This document shows, piece after piece, positions 14,743-28,810 of a stretch of 64,000 nt of DNA; position 1 is the stretch's first letter; each line of letters opens with the position of its first letter. The DNA is from Amoeboaphelidium protococcarum X5 (Eukaryota > Fungi > Aphelidiomycota). The stretch lies in assembly GCA_023515725.1 (NCBI GenBank), contig JALDTO010000206.1, positions 687,910 through 751,909 on the forward strand. The letters run 5' to 3'. Position numbers and translations under genes: made by a program. The notes under the pieces are model-generated. The model made no database searches. It had not been told where the DNA came from and saw only the letters and a program-made list of their open reading frames with translations.

Positions 14743-16295
14743 ATGCCGACGAATAGCATAATGTAGAGAATTATAAAGGATGAGCATGTCTACTCTGGGG
14801 AGGAAAGTGCGGATGAGTTTTATTACCGTTTCAATGCAAGTAGATTGATTCAAACTCTGATACATCCTTATTGTACTCTGTGCTTTACACTGCCAATCAC
14901 TAGTATCATTCTATTTTGTGCTGTTCTATCTTTAATTCAGAGTCCTCACTCTCTTCTATTGTCCGCTGCAATTTATGGTCCATGTCTAATCGTCGCTGGC
15001 ATAGCGTTAATTTTGAGTCTTTGTCAGTTGTATTTACACTTTGCGACAACTGCTGCCCGGTAAGAGCAACGCTGGCGTGAATGGAATAGAGAAATCGCTG
15101 TTATCACTGGAGGTAATACTAATAATGCTATCATCATCAAGATTTATATTACTTTCAAGCTTTTGATTACTATTATTATTATTATTGAGAGTAGGATCCA
15201 GCGGAATTGGACTGTAATTAGCTGATAGACTCTCTAATCTCGGCGTCAAGGTGGCAATATTAGACATCTAAGCGCCATTGAAGCCAATAGGTACTAATTC
15301 GCGTTAAAACTTTATCCTTTATCATGATATTATACTCATTTATACATATTTGATTACATTATTGTAGAAAACGCCAAGTTTTATTAATGTGACGTCTCCC
15401 AGTATGAACAAGTATCTGATGTTGTGTAGAGAGTAGAGCAAGAAGTAAGTTGCAAACTGTTATTATTTGACCCTTATAACAATAATATCCTACCCAAGTA
15501 CTTAATTCAAAGTGTAGATTGGTGAAATTACAATTTTGGTCAATAATGCTGGTATAGTTAATGGTAAACCGATTGAAGATCTCGATCCTCAGCGTATTTA
15601 GAAAGTGTTCGCCGTGAATACTTTGGCTCAGTTCTGGACGGTCAAAGCTGTGCTTCCTCTGTTCAAACGACGCCGATATGGTCACATTATGACTATTGCC
15701 AGTACAATGGGACTGACTGCAGTCGCTGACATGAGTAGGTTTTAATATTTGTGATTTTCAGTTCATAATATTCCTGGATGATTATTAACTAGTCGCGTGT
15801 CTGTGTGTAGCTGATTATTGTTCAAGCAAGTTTGCCGTTGTTGGATTTCATGAGGCTTTGAGATAGGAGATCCGTAGACTTCCGTATGAACATTTAATTC
15901 ATACCTCCATCGTATGCCCAGGCTTGATACTTACTGGAATGTTCAACGGCATTCGGATGGGATTTCCCTTCATTGTGCCACCTCTAAAGCCTTCTATGGT
16001 GGTTGATTAAATTGTACGCTGCCTCAGCGATGTTGTACGTGTACCTTCTAATGATGGTAATAAATAGGTATCTTTAATTGAAGTGTTGGCGACTGAGAAA
16101 AAGTTCACTTTTAGCGATAGGTTGAAGTAACACAAAGCATCATGGATACCGCTGACTTATTACTTGCCACCATTGTTGAATATTATCGCGCCTGTATATT
16201 TGAATGATCTTGTAAAGTCGGTGCTTGGTGGCAATGATGCAGTCACTTCAAGTTTTAAAGGACGCGGCGAAATTGCTAATCCAACTAAACTTTGA
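14743..16295 (+). CDS. Membrane-anchored short-chain dehydrogenase/reductase (RDH10/DHRS3-like), 4 introns
   Basis: TM N-terminus; VITGGSSGIG, ILVNNAGIV, YCSSK; GT-AG introns at ~15113-15194, ~15291-15367, ~15445-15517 and ~15736-15810. Confidence 0.85.
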
Positions 16296-16560
16296 TACAC
16301 TGTACTATATTGATTTATCCTATTATTTATCTTCTTATAATTGATAATCTATATTCAAATACCTTTTAGTTTTAGTTATTATTACCTATTTAAGTTAGGT
16401 GGAGTAACGCCTCCTTCGAAGAGTGGCGCCTGCGATGGCGAAAACGCGTTCCCCACCGCGCTGTGGCTGGCCCTATCTCTATACTTATTACTATTGCAAT
16501 TTAGCATTATTACTTTCAAGTTATTCAAACTGACGCTAAATATCATCGCTGAATTGAATT

Positions 16561-17884
16561 ATGGTGGTGGATTAAGTTGAAACAGCAGCCAGTGGTACGA
16601 AATCGCTCTAGAATACAGCTCCAATACCGATCATGAACAAGTAGGGGATGCCATTGCCGCCGATAAACACTGGTACACCTCCAACATCGTTATAAATACA
16701 GTAACAACAGGCAGCCTCTGAATAAAACTACCGCTAGCAGCAAAAGTGCTTTAACTGTGGAACATCAAATACTCCGCTATGGCGAAAGACTGCGGAGGGA
16801 GATCACTTGTGTAATGGTATGATTATGAGTTGTCTTAATAGGAACCGTGAGAAAATCCCTAATAACGAACATTTAGATTTGTGTAGCATGTGGTTTATAC
16901 TTGAAGATGCACGGACATCACAAAAGCACTTAGAGGGAAATTAAGAGTAGCAGTGGTTATGGTGACTGTGGATAGGCGTAGGTAAAAGACACATCATCTA
17001 GAAAATCTACTGGTGGAAGATCAAGATGCAACTCAATGAGTTAAGCTGCAAAAACTGCGGGACCAAATCGCGCTCGAGGTAAACGATCAAACTCAATTGC
17101 CTCTGTCGCTGCTGCAGCAACTATTCTGTCTTCTTTAAATGAGTCTATGTCCAATTTGCCGCGTACTCCTCCGCAGTCTAGCTAGAAGAATGCATCCACT
17201 TAATCTAGTGGTCCTATTCGATCCCGTCAGAGTAGAAAGAACTCTTTGATTAATGCTACATTGCCACCGATTGTTGATCAATCGTTCAATGCATCATCAT
17301 CGTCTTCAAACAATCAAACCTTAATTCTTAATAACTAAAAGTTGGTGGATAAATAAACCTCAGTCACGTATAAGGGCAATATTTATAAAGCTGGTGATGG
17401 GATTGTAACAGTGGTTGACTATCAGAGTAAGAAAGAGTTGTATGGTGTAATCAGAGCGTTCATTCAAGATCAAGGGATTGATTTCTTTTACGCCACTTGG
17501 ATAAGAGCTGGTGTCAATGGTAATGTGTTACACTTGAATGATAAAGGGGAAGAATGTCTCTACGTTGGACAGTAAGTGCTCGGCCACGAAGATACTATTC
17601 CGCTACCTCTCGCGTCCATAAACAGAAAAGTTAATGTTGTATATTCTCCTCCGACTCCTACTTCTGGTTCCAAAATCAATCATTTACTTGACGCGGCTAT
17701 ACAGATGTAGTCTGATTAAGTGGTTGATAACATGTAAACTTAGACGCAACAACGGTTGTTGGAACACTCAACTCCAAATACCAAGTCCTTAGACATCAAG
17801 GAGAACGTTATCGAGGTGACTTAATAATCGCCAAAAAAGTCATCGACTGAATTAATGGCAGCACTCGGTCTGCTCGAATTGTGA
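16561..17884 (+). CDS. GATA zinc finger + BAH-like domain protein, GATAD1-like
   Basis: [28 protein letters not shown] (intron 16817-16886); C-terminal SVTYKGNIYKAGD...YGVIRAFIQDQ...ATWI. Confidence 0.8.
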
Positions 17885-18030
17885 ACTCTATGTAAATAGT
17901 CTGAATATTTGCGCCATAATATTTCATAGTAGCTTCTATAAATCGCGCTTTAATCGCGCCTGTAATTGATTTTCCATAACAAAATTTTGATCTTTCTACT
18001 TCACTGAAAGTGATCTTCGATCTTAACAGA

Positions 18031-18645
18031 ATGAAGACGGTTTGTGTCTATTGTGGTTCTTCTAAAGGTAAGAATGCTATTTACGCGAATTAAGCTCAAG
18101 CTCTGGCTGAGGAATTTATCAAGCGAGGTATAAAGTTGATTTATGGTGGTGGCAATCTTGGACTCATGGCTGAGGTGGCGCGAAGTATCACCGACAATGG
18201 CGGGAAAGTTGTCGGTATTATCCCAAAAGCTTTACACTCGGTCAGTGGAGATGGATATGGCGAGACTGTAGTGGTTGATACTATGCATGAGCGGAAATCT
18301 CTAATGTCTGATATGTCTGACGCGTTTATATCTCTCCCCGGTGGATTTGGCACTCTGGAAGAACTGATAGAGACCACAACATGGAGTCAGCTGAGAATAC
18401 ATAATAAACCTGTGGGAATCTTGAACGTAAATGGGTATTACGATCACTTGATCTCATGGATGGACCACGCTGTAACGGAAGGCTTTATAGATGAGCAGAG
18501 CAGATAACTAGTGGTGGTCGCTGACTCTCCGGCTGCATTGCTTGACGCGATGGACCAGTTCAAAGACCCAATTGATGAAAGCAAGTGGATTCTAAAAAAG
18601 GACTCCTGGTCTACGAAAGCTCGATTAAGTTCAAAAGAAATATGA
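18031..18645 (+). CDS. LOG-family (lonely guy) nucleotide phosphoribohydrolase
   Basis: VCVYCGSS, IYGGGNLGLM, TMHERK, PGGFGTLEEL, QLRIHNKPVG. Confidence 0.93.
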
Positions 18646-18676
18646 TAATAACTGCTTGCTATTTCACATACAATTA

Positions 18677-21418
18677 TCATTATTAATCTTTATTATGCTA
18701 AGTTCCATCCTGCTTAATACACAAGTACAGAAATACAGACACCCCACCGCGTATGATAAAGTCGACAGCGGCTAGCATGAATCGCGGAGCAAATACTTTC
18801 CATACCATTAAATGTCTTCTAAATTAGGCAGTGAATACACAACTCAAAGTAGTATCTACGAGTAAAATAAGGAGAAATGTCTTCCACTTTGACTGGACAG
18901 CATTATTATTCTAATCGCGACAATGACTAACAGCCAAAGCAGCCGAGCACAGTAGCCAGCCACCAACACTATTGAGAATCACTAATCCACCAGAGAGATA
19001 GAAATTGAAAGCCTCAAGTCCAATAAAACCACTCTCAAATTATATCGAAGAGAAAGCAGCCTAGTGACCAGTAGCAAAGAATGCAACATTGCCCAGCAGA
19101 TAATATACTGCAATTTGCCACTCAGAATTAACATAATCCGATTACAAATCGTGAACAGTAGAGACGAGAAGTTGACAGGCTATAGTCACCAAACATAATA
19201 CGATAACTCCGGGAAGAGATTATGCACAAGAAGCGATGCAGTGCATAATTGGGATCAGATCGAAGACATTAGCCTTAGACTCAGACTATAATGACACAAT
19301 AAACCACAAGAACCATGCACCAGACAGAAGCATGCAGATACGCATCAACATATGGTGAATAAGGATACCTTAAAACCGAACGTCCATAAACCAGGTGTTT
19401 CCATCAACTGCCCAATAGAACGCAATGAAAGTCAAGATAAAGGCATATTTACATAGGCTTATAAAAGTTATCTTGCCGAATGAACGAGATAGGTAGAGAC
19501 AGATGGATGACAGCAAAATTAAGATTCCCAGCTAGATGGCATGCTGGTAATTAGAGAGATACTATGGAGATAGCAAAGGCAAATCTTTGACCAGTGATAA
19601 AGGATGAGCTTTGAAGGTATTCAGGCACTGACGGCCTTTCTCCTCGCGACAACTACTCAGCACAGACAGATACCTGACGATAAACATGGCGCTAATAATT
19701 TTCCATTTTGGCTAGACACCTCGTACCAAACAGAGTGCAAGTACAGATTACAAGAGATAGACACATACATGATCTTCATGAACTACGAGACTATTCGAAG
19801 TGTAGATAAAGCAATGAATTAATGCCAGCAATACATGCAAAGTGTCAATACTAAGAAAATACGCTTATATTCTATTCCAAATATCTACGCTACTACGTTA
19901 CCGAAGCAGTATAGACACCAGTAAACTGACTATTGAGGTAATAAGTATTAAATCAGAGCGCGAGCCGTCTAGCACCTGTAAGTTATACAGGGATACACCA
20001 AGTACTGTACCAAATGACAAAATTAACACAATATCACTTAAGCTTAAGTGGACTAATAATTCTTGCTTAGGTTAAAAGGAAAATACTAATACTGTAAGTA
20101 TCAGACCAAATGACGCCAATATCATTAAGTCTAAATTAAATCGTGCCCAAATGTGTCGCAATTTTTCCAAAATAGACTTACCAGCCTACTAAAACTAAGT
20201 GAAATCTTTGATACTCTCACCAAACTATTGGCCATCAAAATCGAGACGGGAATGAGCAGAGTAAACATTGAGATATTTCAGGATTTAATTATAGTTCCGC
20301 TATGCCAAGACATTCAATTATCCTTCTTCATCATTAGCTTTAAAAGCCATTAATGACTTCAGCAGATCAACACTCAAAAATCCCAAATTACTGAATGGTA
20401 TGGGAACTCCGAGAAGAGCACATAGTGTAGGTACCAGATCAATTTGAGACATTTAGTCATAGCTCAGAGACGTGTCAGAGGTGGACGACACTTGATATTA
20501 ATCGAATACCGGCAAAGCACTGTACACAAAAAGACCAGCATCAACTTCAGCCAGAGAATCGCCACCATGATCTCCCTACGAATTCATCCCATGATCACCA
20601 AAGACGAGCAAGAGGACATTATCTTCCTTAGAGCGCGAATTAAGCTTATCAATCTATGAAATCACTTTATTAACAGCTTAATTTAAGTCAATTTACTTTC
20701 GCTTCATTTCAGAATGATCTGGACCATGAATGTGACCAGCGTGATCAATGCCCAACCAATGGGTAATCATAACATCCCATTTATCCAGATTTTCTTATTC
20801 AAAGTACTTCCATATACGCCGATCAATAGATTTATCTACAGTATCCAGATCCCAGACTTCAAAGCTTTCATATCCTTCTGAACCATTAACAAAGTGATCA
20901 TATCCAAGAGTCTGAATCCATGTATCATCTCCAAAGAATAAGATCTTGTGCTTCTTTGCAGCCTATAGAACCCAGTTATCCTCCTAAAGCTTATCACTGT
21001 TAAAATTAGACGCAGCGTCAATAAATGTTGGCAACGAGCCAGTCAGAAGAGCCTATAATCGTTATAGAGTTGTCGTGGGTGGATCTGCAGTAAAATGTAG
21101 CAATCTAGCGTTCTATGGCGTATTCTTTACTCTATCGCTCATGGCTGGCATATTCAAATGAAAATTTTTATTAACTTGTCCATCATTATAAGATAATAGC
21201 TAAGGTTCAGGACTAATAAAGTCAAATCTGAGGGCATCAATCAGCATAATGACAATCTTGTTGTGCTTTGCAGAAATTCCACCCAAAGTGCTACTCTCAT
21301 CTTCTTGAGATATTTCACGTAAGGCCAGCCGTGCAAGAAGGAATCCTTTCTAAAAATAGTAGATGAATACCACAGATGCTGCCCATAAGATTACAACTTG
21401 GCTAAAGTTAATTTTCAT
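18677..21418 (-). CDS. PIGO: GPI ethanolamine phosphate transferase 3 (PIG-O/Gpi13)
   Basis: [83 protein letters not shown]. Confidence 0.92.
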
Positions 21419-21559
21419 CCCAGATGCATTCGACTTATGGCTGTTATTAAGAGTAATTCAAAGTCGCTCAACTTGGGCGAAACATACGACGATCTTTCTT
21501 ACAGCGATTCAGCAATTTGCATTCTCTTTTCTCGCTGTCTGATTGATAAAATTATAAAA

Positions 21560-21817
21560 ATGTCAGACAATTATATCACAAGGAATGGTGATTGCTGGTA
21601 GTGCAGGCTCACTGGTACCGCAGCATTTACTGGAGTATCTCTGTATGCAGCTTATGTGCAAAGGAGTGAGGCTCTGAAGAGTCATCATCACTACAGTGAT
21701 ATAGATGCGCAATCGCGTTTCAGACGTGCCACTTTTGGATTTCGCCATGGCCCGAAATGGCTCACTGGTGTTTCAGCTACTTTTGCCGGTCTTGCCTTGA
21801 TGCGATTAATGGCTTGA
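21560..21817 (+). CDS. Small two-TM protein, DMAC1/TMEM261 (DUF4536)-like, 85 aa
   Basis: DCWQCRLTGTAAFTGVSLY (CxxC plus TM) and C-terminal TM ending LMRLMA-TGA. Confidence 0.7.
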
Positions 21818-21948
21818 AATTGATCATAATGGAGAAAGTGGAATGAATTGACATATCTTATATATTGTATTTATTAACATCACTGGCTGCAATTCTCATT
21901 TTATGTTTTTCTTTTTATTTAGCCAGTCTAACTCAATTTTAATTTCCA

Positions 21949-23352
21949 TCACGTAGTAGATCCTCCAGGCGCGGTAGCAGATATAGGTGAATTAGGTAGA
22001 CCGGATAGTCTCTGCTCAATCTTGAACACGTCGGGAACGCCAAGTTCAGTAACCACAATGCTGTTACGTGTTGGCGTCGTGTTTTCTATCTCTTTGTCTT
22101 TCATATGCTCTTAAGATGAATTAGCATTCAGTGGCGTGACTGGTTATGCCACGCATCTGTAATAAGAACATTCTCCACCCCATTTATTCATGCATAACCA
22201 ACAAAACTTGAAGCCGCACATTGTGCAATCAACCTTGTTACAGCCTTCATCGCGTTCGATCAATGTATGACATCGAGGACATGGCTTACTATTAAAATAC
22301 TTCCACTCTATAATCTTTTGTTATTCAGAGTCCGCCACTTCGGTGTTGCGCGACGTTCGGTACATGTAATCTAAGCAACTAGTCTGTGACTCTGAATTTG
22401 CCATAAGCTCAGTTCCATGACTTGTATCACAACATTTAAAGCAGAATGCCACTGGCCTCATATGATTATTGCACTCTACCACTGGAAATAATTTCAAATA
22501 CTCAAACTATAGTGACCGATACAGAGCGGGTACGTCACACAGAGTAATAACATTTGCGCATATAATGCTCAAGTTCTACAGCGACTGCTACTTAAAACCA
22601 TAATTACCATTTGGTGAATCTGGTGTTGGAAGTAATCCTTCAAGGCGCAACTTCTTCGCCTTTGACCGCGTCACAGGAGAATCCATGATCATCGTTTCGA
22701 CATCTTGCAGCGATTTCTTCTAATGCAGCATGAATTCATCTACAATGAAGTGATATATCTATGTAATTGATACTTTGGATGGCAGTGGGCCCTCTTCATC
22801 TTATGCAAGCAAATCTCTTCGAGTATGCCTTTTGATTAGATAAATCAAATTTCCACCTGTGGACTCGCGTGCGGGCTCGGATGCATTATCATTGCCGATC
22901 AGTTCCAGAAACTACTCTGCTACCGACAACAGCTATTAGTGTACGGTATCAATATTACTATCACTAGTATTGCTTCTCTTAATCAAGTCTACCTAATCAC
23001 CGCATTCTGGGCAGAATCTGTGAAGAGCTTTAAACTGGGCGTCTAAGCCGCAACGCGTTTCAAACAAATCAACAGTGCCTTAATCAACCCACAGCCGCCA
23101 TTCAGGCAATGTAAGAGCATCCATACAGACTGGGCATTTTATAAATGAGGATAGAGCTTTACTTTGATCCATATCAGAGTCATTGTCAGTATCAGCACCA
23201 AACACATAAGACCAACCCATTGAATTCAGTATCGTCTTCACATATTGCTGAAAGCATTACTTACAAAACTGATCACGGCACCTCGGAAGGCAGAAATCAT
23301 AACGATTATCAAAGCAAATGGAGCACTTTTCTTGAAAGTACTGTAGATTCAT
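21949..23352 (-). CDS. RBR (RING-IBR-RING) E3 ubiquitin ligase
   Basis: CSICFD...FCKQC...KCPVC; AFCFKC; KPCPRCHTLIERDEGCNKVDCTMCGFKFCWLC. Confidence 0.88.
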
Positions 23353-23729
23353 TAAATTTTAATCTCTAATCCTATAGTATTAAATTGATTGATAATTATA
23401 CTGAAATACGTATATAGTAATTGAGAGTAAAAAGATTGAGGATGCACCGGCCGGTTGTAACAACAACAATGCGAGGTCACGAGTAAGTTGTGATCACTTG
23501 ACACGTAACAACAAATCAAGAATTGGCATATCCAGTCATCTGACGGAGAATTTTATAAAGTTTGGTTTAAGGTTAAAAGTGGAAAAGAAAGTAATCTTGA
23601 ATGTAGTGCTCAATATTCTATTTAATTATTAATTGTTCTTATGTCTTTTCATAGTTCAGCATGAAATACTGTGAGAAGAAGCTTTTCTTCACGCTGTATT
23701 ATGGTGATTGAGGACAGTAAAAAATACTG

Positions 23730-24662
23730 ATGACGTCGATAAAACAACGATAACATAATACATCAAATCACCTTATCGCTGGTGCAATAAGTGGTATGAA
23801 TTTATTATGCACATCTAATCTCTTATTTCACTAAAGCCAATTTGTAGGTATGATCAACTGTATCGCTCTATAACCTCTAGATTTGGTCAAGACGAGAATG
23901 CAGAGTGGAGAAGTTGCAGGCAAAAGATCTATAATGAACATCACACGGTCGATCATTAATAGTGGATCAGTGCTCAGTCTGTGGAAAGGTACAGTGCCCA
24001 CCATACTACGTAACACTCCAGGATCTTCTCTATATTTTGGCACTCTAAACGCTTCCAAGCGGTTACTTGACCCAATTGTTGGCGCATCCAATTAAGCAAT
24101 GATAAATCTACTTGCAGGATCGTTCGCTCGCGTCTCAGTCGGATTTCTACTTATGCCTTTCACGGTTATTAAATCTCGGTATGAATCGAGCATGTACAAT
24201 TATAAAAGTCTTGGTGACGCTTTTAGTAGCATATGGCGAACTGATGGAATTCGCGGGTTCTTTTATGGTTTTGGAAGCACTGCTCTTCGGGATGCACCTT
24301 ACTCAGGCATATACGTTCTAATATATGAGCATTTGAAGAAGCCGCTGTCATCTTTAGAAATGTTTTAACTGAATGGCGAATCTCGCAATGCTTTCATCAA
24401 CATGACTGCGGCGGTGAATGCTGGGATTCTTGCCACTGCTGCCACTTAGCCATTCGATGTACTGCGTGTCAGAATTTAGTTGTCTCCGAACAAGTACAAG
24501 AACATGTTTGCCGCCGCCAAATCACTTCTCTTAAATGAAGGTTATCGGGTGTTCTTCTCAGGCGTCGTCCCCCGACTTATTCGTAAAACTCTGAGTGCGG
24601 CCATAACTTGGACCATGTATGAAGAGCTACTCGTGCATTTCTCAGCTCAATAGAAACTTTGA
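23730..24662 (+). CDS. SLC25A38: Mitochondrial glycine carrier SLC25A38/Hem25, 1 intron (23794-23848)
   Basis: [49 protein letters not shown]. Confidence 0.9.
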
Positions 24663-25353
24663 TTTTGATTTACTCTTTATGGTGATGTTCTCGCCTCTTG
24701 ATCTTCTTTCTGTGTTCTGTCTTAAGATGTCATGTTCTGTAATGGAAGAGACTCTCTTGAGTGAAGTGAAGCGTTCAAAAAGCATAACGCGACCTTTATT
24801 ATATGGGTAAGACTTTCTTTGAATAATTCAGTCTTATACTAAAACTTTGAGTTGTAGTCTCTATGTTTTGTACGGCGATTTGGTCGGGGATGCATTGATC
24901 ATGTTGGACAGTCCTAATTCAGTGACGCGGCTTACGTATGCTGTTACAGACTTGTTCCAAGTACGTATTTTATACCATCATTGTTTTCAGTTTTGCACAA
25001 CTAGTTAATGAAGTATTGTTGCTGTAGATTGGAGACCAAACATGTCTCTATAATTAATATTCGATGTTCTGTGGGTGTGAGACGTTTTAAACACGCGACA
25101 ACTGTGCGCATTTGATCGCTGCTGACTTGGCTTCTGCACTTGGGCTGATTGTTGAATCCAAGATTGATGGACCATCGTTTGTAAATAAAGTCTGTCTAAT
25201 GTGAATAAATAATTGAAGAAAAACATCTATTAAGTCTAAGTTTTAAATAAATAATAAGATCGATCACCATCGAAGCTCTTAATCAGTAAGTTCAACTTGG
25301 ATCAGCTTCCTCTCCCCTGAGGCAAATTAATCATCATACTTTTCGGCACATTC

Positions 25354-27513
25354 CTCATTGCAAAACAAATCCAATTTAGAACAATTACGCTGCATATGGT
25401 ATTGACGTATGCAGTTCTTGTAAAAGATTGGACGATGGCAGCGAACGCAATATTTAATATCTGGAAACAAGGCGAGGATATGCTGAGGTACGTGCTATCT
25501 TACAACATCTTCAAGACAATCCAGCGATGGCTATCTCCGTCTACGGCGCCTATCAATGACTGTGGAACTACTACCACTACCAGCGCTTCCCGCAGACATC
25601 AAATTCGTGAATGCAGACAGTATAGGTGAGATCCTTCGAGCAATCACCGGCCATGGTCCATTAGAGTTGGATCGCATTGCAGTGATGACTACACGCTCTT
25701 AAGAATCGTAGATGCTTTGCAGACCAGCGCAATAAGCTTTCTCCAGCAGAGACATGCAACAGGATTATTATGGCTTAATGTACACAACATGATCCTTAAG
25801 GGTCTCGGTGAATCTAGCAAATATGGTCATCAGGACAAAGTACAGCTCTTCGTAGCTCTTCACTTTCTATGCGGCTTCATACAAATGCACTGCAACTCCG
25901 CGTGTCACCAGCACTTCTTTATAAGCTGGAAGTTCAGACAGATTCATAAGAGCAACACTTGCAAACATTTGAAGCAATAAACCATTTGGTAGACCTTTAT
26001 CATGCTTTGGGCTTCCACTGCTCGACTATGACGCGTCTTCATTCAAATCAGTAGTATACATGGAGGTGGTGGCATTGCTATCTTCAGATCCAGTAGATTA
26101 CCTGTCCACGTGAAAAGTAGTAACAACCTTTTTCACTCCGCCTGACTGACACGGCTTGACTGAAGAGTAAACGGTACGCATAGCCATAATAACTTACTCA
26201 TGTCCATTTAGATTCATAAACTCCTCACGCAATTCGTTGGTACTTGCCACACTGCCGAGAGCAAAACAAGCCGTGGTCTAAAGACTCTTGTGGAACTAGA
26301 AGCGCTTCATGGCATTCAGAATTAATTGGAATCCTTGCAAGCGGCTGAAATGATCAGCATCCAGACTCTCATTGTATGACATATGCGCCAAAGTAAAGCA
26401 GGCGGTCATTTGATATTAGAAATTATCATGTAAATCAGCCATTGTCTATAATATCATATCAGTTATCTGAAGACCATATCCAAGCAGATCGTACCTGGCA
26501 AAAGCAAAACTACCCAGCGCATTGCAGAGAGCAATTTGCACATCACTACTTGATAAAGGATGATGAGACACTTGGTTGAGACATTGCATCAACTTTGCAA
26601 TATCAATGTAACCTTTTGCCTATTTAGCAACATTCGACAATACATGCAAAGCTTGGCAAACCAGCTCAGGACAACTAAGATTGTCTTTGATAATTTCAAT
26701 CAGCATTGCGCATGCTTCCAGTTCCACAATATGCTTAGCACTGTCTTCAAACAAGGCTAGATTAGATAAAGCGGCGCAAATCTCTGTAAGTACTTGCTAG
26801 TCATTACGAAAAAGCTTAATATTACTAATTATGGAATCCATCACGCGTAAATTCACCAGTTTCCTTCGATTCTCAGTTATAGAAGCCATATTAGCAATAA
26901 TAGCCGTGCAATTTACCTGCTCCTAGCCCATAAGAAGTGAATCTTGACATGATAATAGAAGCTGAGCTAGAGACAACGATAAATCACAAGACGGCTGACA
27001 CATCAACCTTGCAATACTGTCGTTACGTGACAAGATACGCAACACTTTCAATTCGGCAACTTTTAAGCGAGACTGTGCCATCAGCGACTTGAACAGTTTC
27101 AGCAGCTAAAACACTGCATCCTTCTACAGATCGAACACGTACTCAAACTACAAGAACTGAGATACTTTAAAGTAGAATTCAATGAACTGATTCATATAAT
27201 CGCTCAGTAAAGCCATCTGTTACAGATCCAACTGACAGTTCCCACGCTCTGAAACAATCGCAGCACGCATCACATCGATCGCCTGTTCCGATTTGAGGAC
27301 ATTACAGCAGCCACTTACATGCAGAGCTACTAAAGCGTCCGAGACAAATCTTTGCTATTACTGCAGACCATCGAATCCGTACATCAAACCATCTATTTGC
27401 ATCGCATCACCAGTGTCCTTATCGCCGATGGAAGCGGAATTGGCAATGAACTACTTTAGATCCACCTGACATTAACTAGGCAGCCTTATTTGCAATTACT
27501 ACGTATCTCTCAT
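25354..27513 (-). CDS. Armadillo/ARM-repeat protein, 719 aa
   Basis: TGA-free frame with ARM-type repeats (EICAALSNLA, QALHVLSNVA, TACFTLAHMS, TACFALGSVA) and C-terminal CVRC. Confidence 0.78.
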
Positions 27514-27955
27514 TTCAGCCAATTATAAGATCAGTTTCAGTATCAAGCTTGGAGCAATATGGACTCTTCAAATCTAATCAAATCAAAACTAAAGATCGAT
27601 TAGGCTTGGAAATTGATCAAGTTCGGAATTTAATGAGTGCAAACATTCCACTATCGGCTGGACCATTGAGCCGATTCATGTGATATCCAGGTAACCAACC
27701 GTCACAGTTACTACAACCGACCAAACAAACACTAAATCGCGCGTGATAAGATAGATGGATCACACATACAGTATACATAACGCATGCAGTGAGAACAAGT
27801 GCAATTTTAACATTGAGAATTCTGACTTCGTACTTCTTAACGCTTAGCTTCAAATATTCGATCACTCTCAAGTTCTTGACCGCGATTTCCTTTTCTCTAT
27901 GGTAATTGACTCATTTTATTTTTACAACATTGAATAACTAAATACACAGAATAGT

Positions 27956-28439
27956 ATGTGGAGGTAAATACTAGATTCGATTTAATTATTTTTGCAATTA
28001 GATCCTGTGTCTAATATAACTGGCGTCAATCCTAATGGTAAGTTGAAGTCACTCCTCTTGTAATTTATCGAGAGCATACTGTAATATTGTTTATGTAGAT
28101 CTAAAGTTGTACAGCGGCGAGAATATAACATGCAATAATGGACAACTAGTTATACCTATTAGTGCGGTGAATGACAACTATTGCGACTGTCCACTAGATG
28201 GCCTAGATGAACCAGGCACCTCAGCATGTAATAACGGAAAGTTTTACTGCAGAAATCGCGGCTATGTCTCACATTACATTCCCTCTTTCCTGGTTGGCGA
28301 TGGCGTATGTGACTGTTGCGATGGCAGCGATGAGTCGAAAGGTGTATGCACCAACTAGTGTTCATAGATTGACATTTCAATATTGAAAAAGAAGGCTGGC
28401 CTCTTCTAAGTAGATCAAGAAAGCAAGGATGAACTTTGA
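27956..28439 (+). CDS. Short glucosidase II beta (PRKCSH)-like protein ending in KDEL; 5' end uncertain
   Basis: VNDNYCDCPLDGLDEPGTSAC.NGKFYC.N.G, VGDGVCDCCDGSDE; intron ~28038-28098; ends SKDEL-TGA. Confidence 0.8.
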
Positions 28440-28810
28440 TCAATTTGTATTGTTATTACCGTTACTGTACTGTGTGACGACGCGACTGTGATTACTTATG
28501 TTCGTTCTCAATTGTAAATATTCGGAAACTTTATTTCATAAGTTGCTGACTGTATAATTTTTAATGTACCCCCTCTGTACACAACTGAGACAACACTCTG
28601 ACAATGCTACCTCAAAGGTTAGTAATGCGTTACCTTAATAGACCCCTTGATGATGATGTAAAGCAGACCAAAGAGGCGGAATTCAACTGCGCCACTTTTC
28701 TTCCAATCTTCTTTTCCCACTTATCCCAGATACAGATATATTTCAAGTTTTCAAATAGCTGCTGAAAATTGCGCGAGATATTTATTATCAGTCAGATTTA
28801 AAGTTGTAAC

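Noticed and set aside
24670-25300. Possible small gene between SLC25A38 and the ARM gene
   Set aside because: The frames I read hit TGA quickly and gave no recognisable protein.
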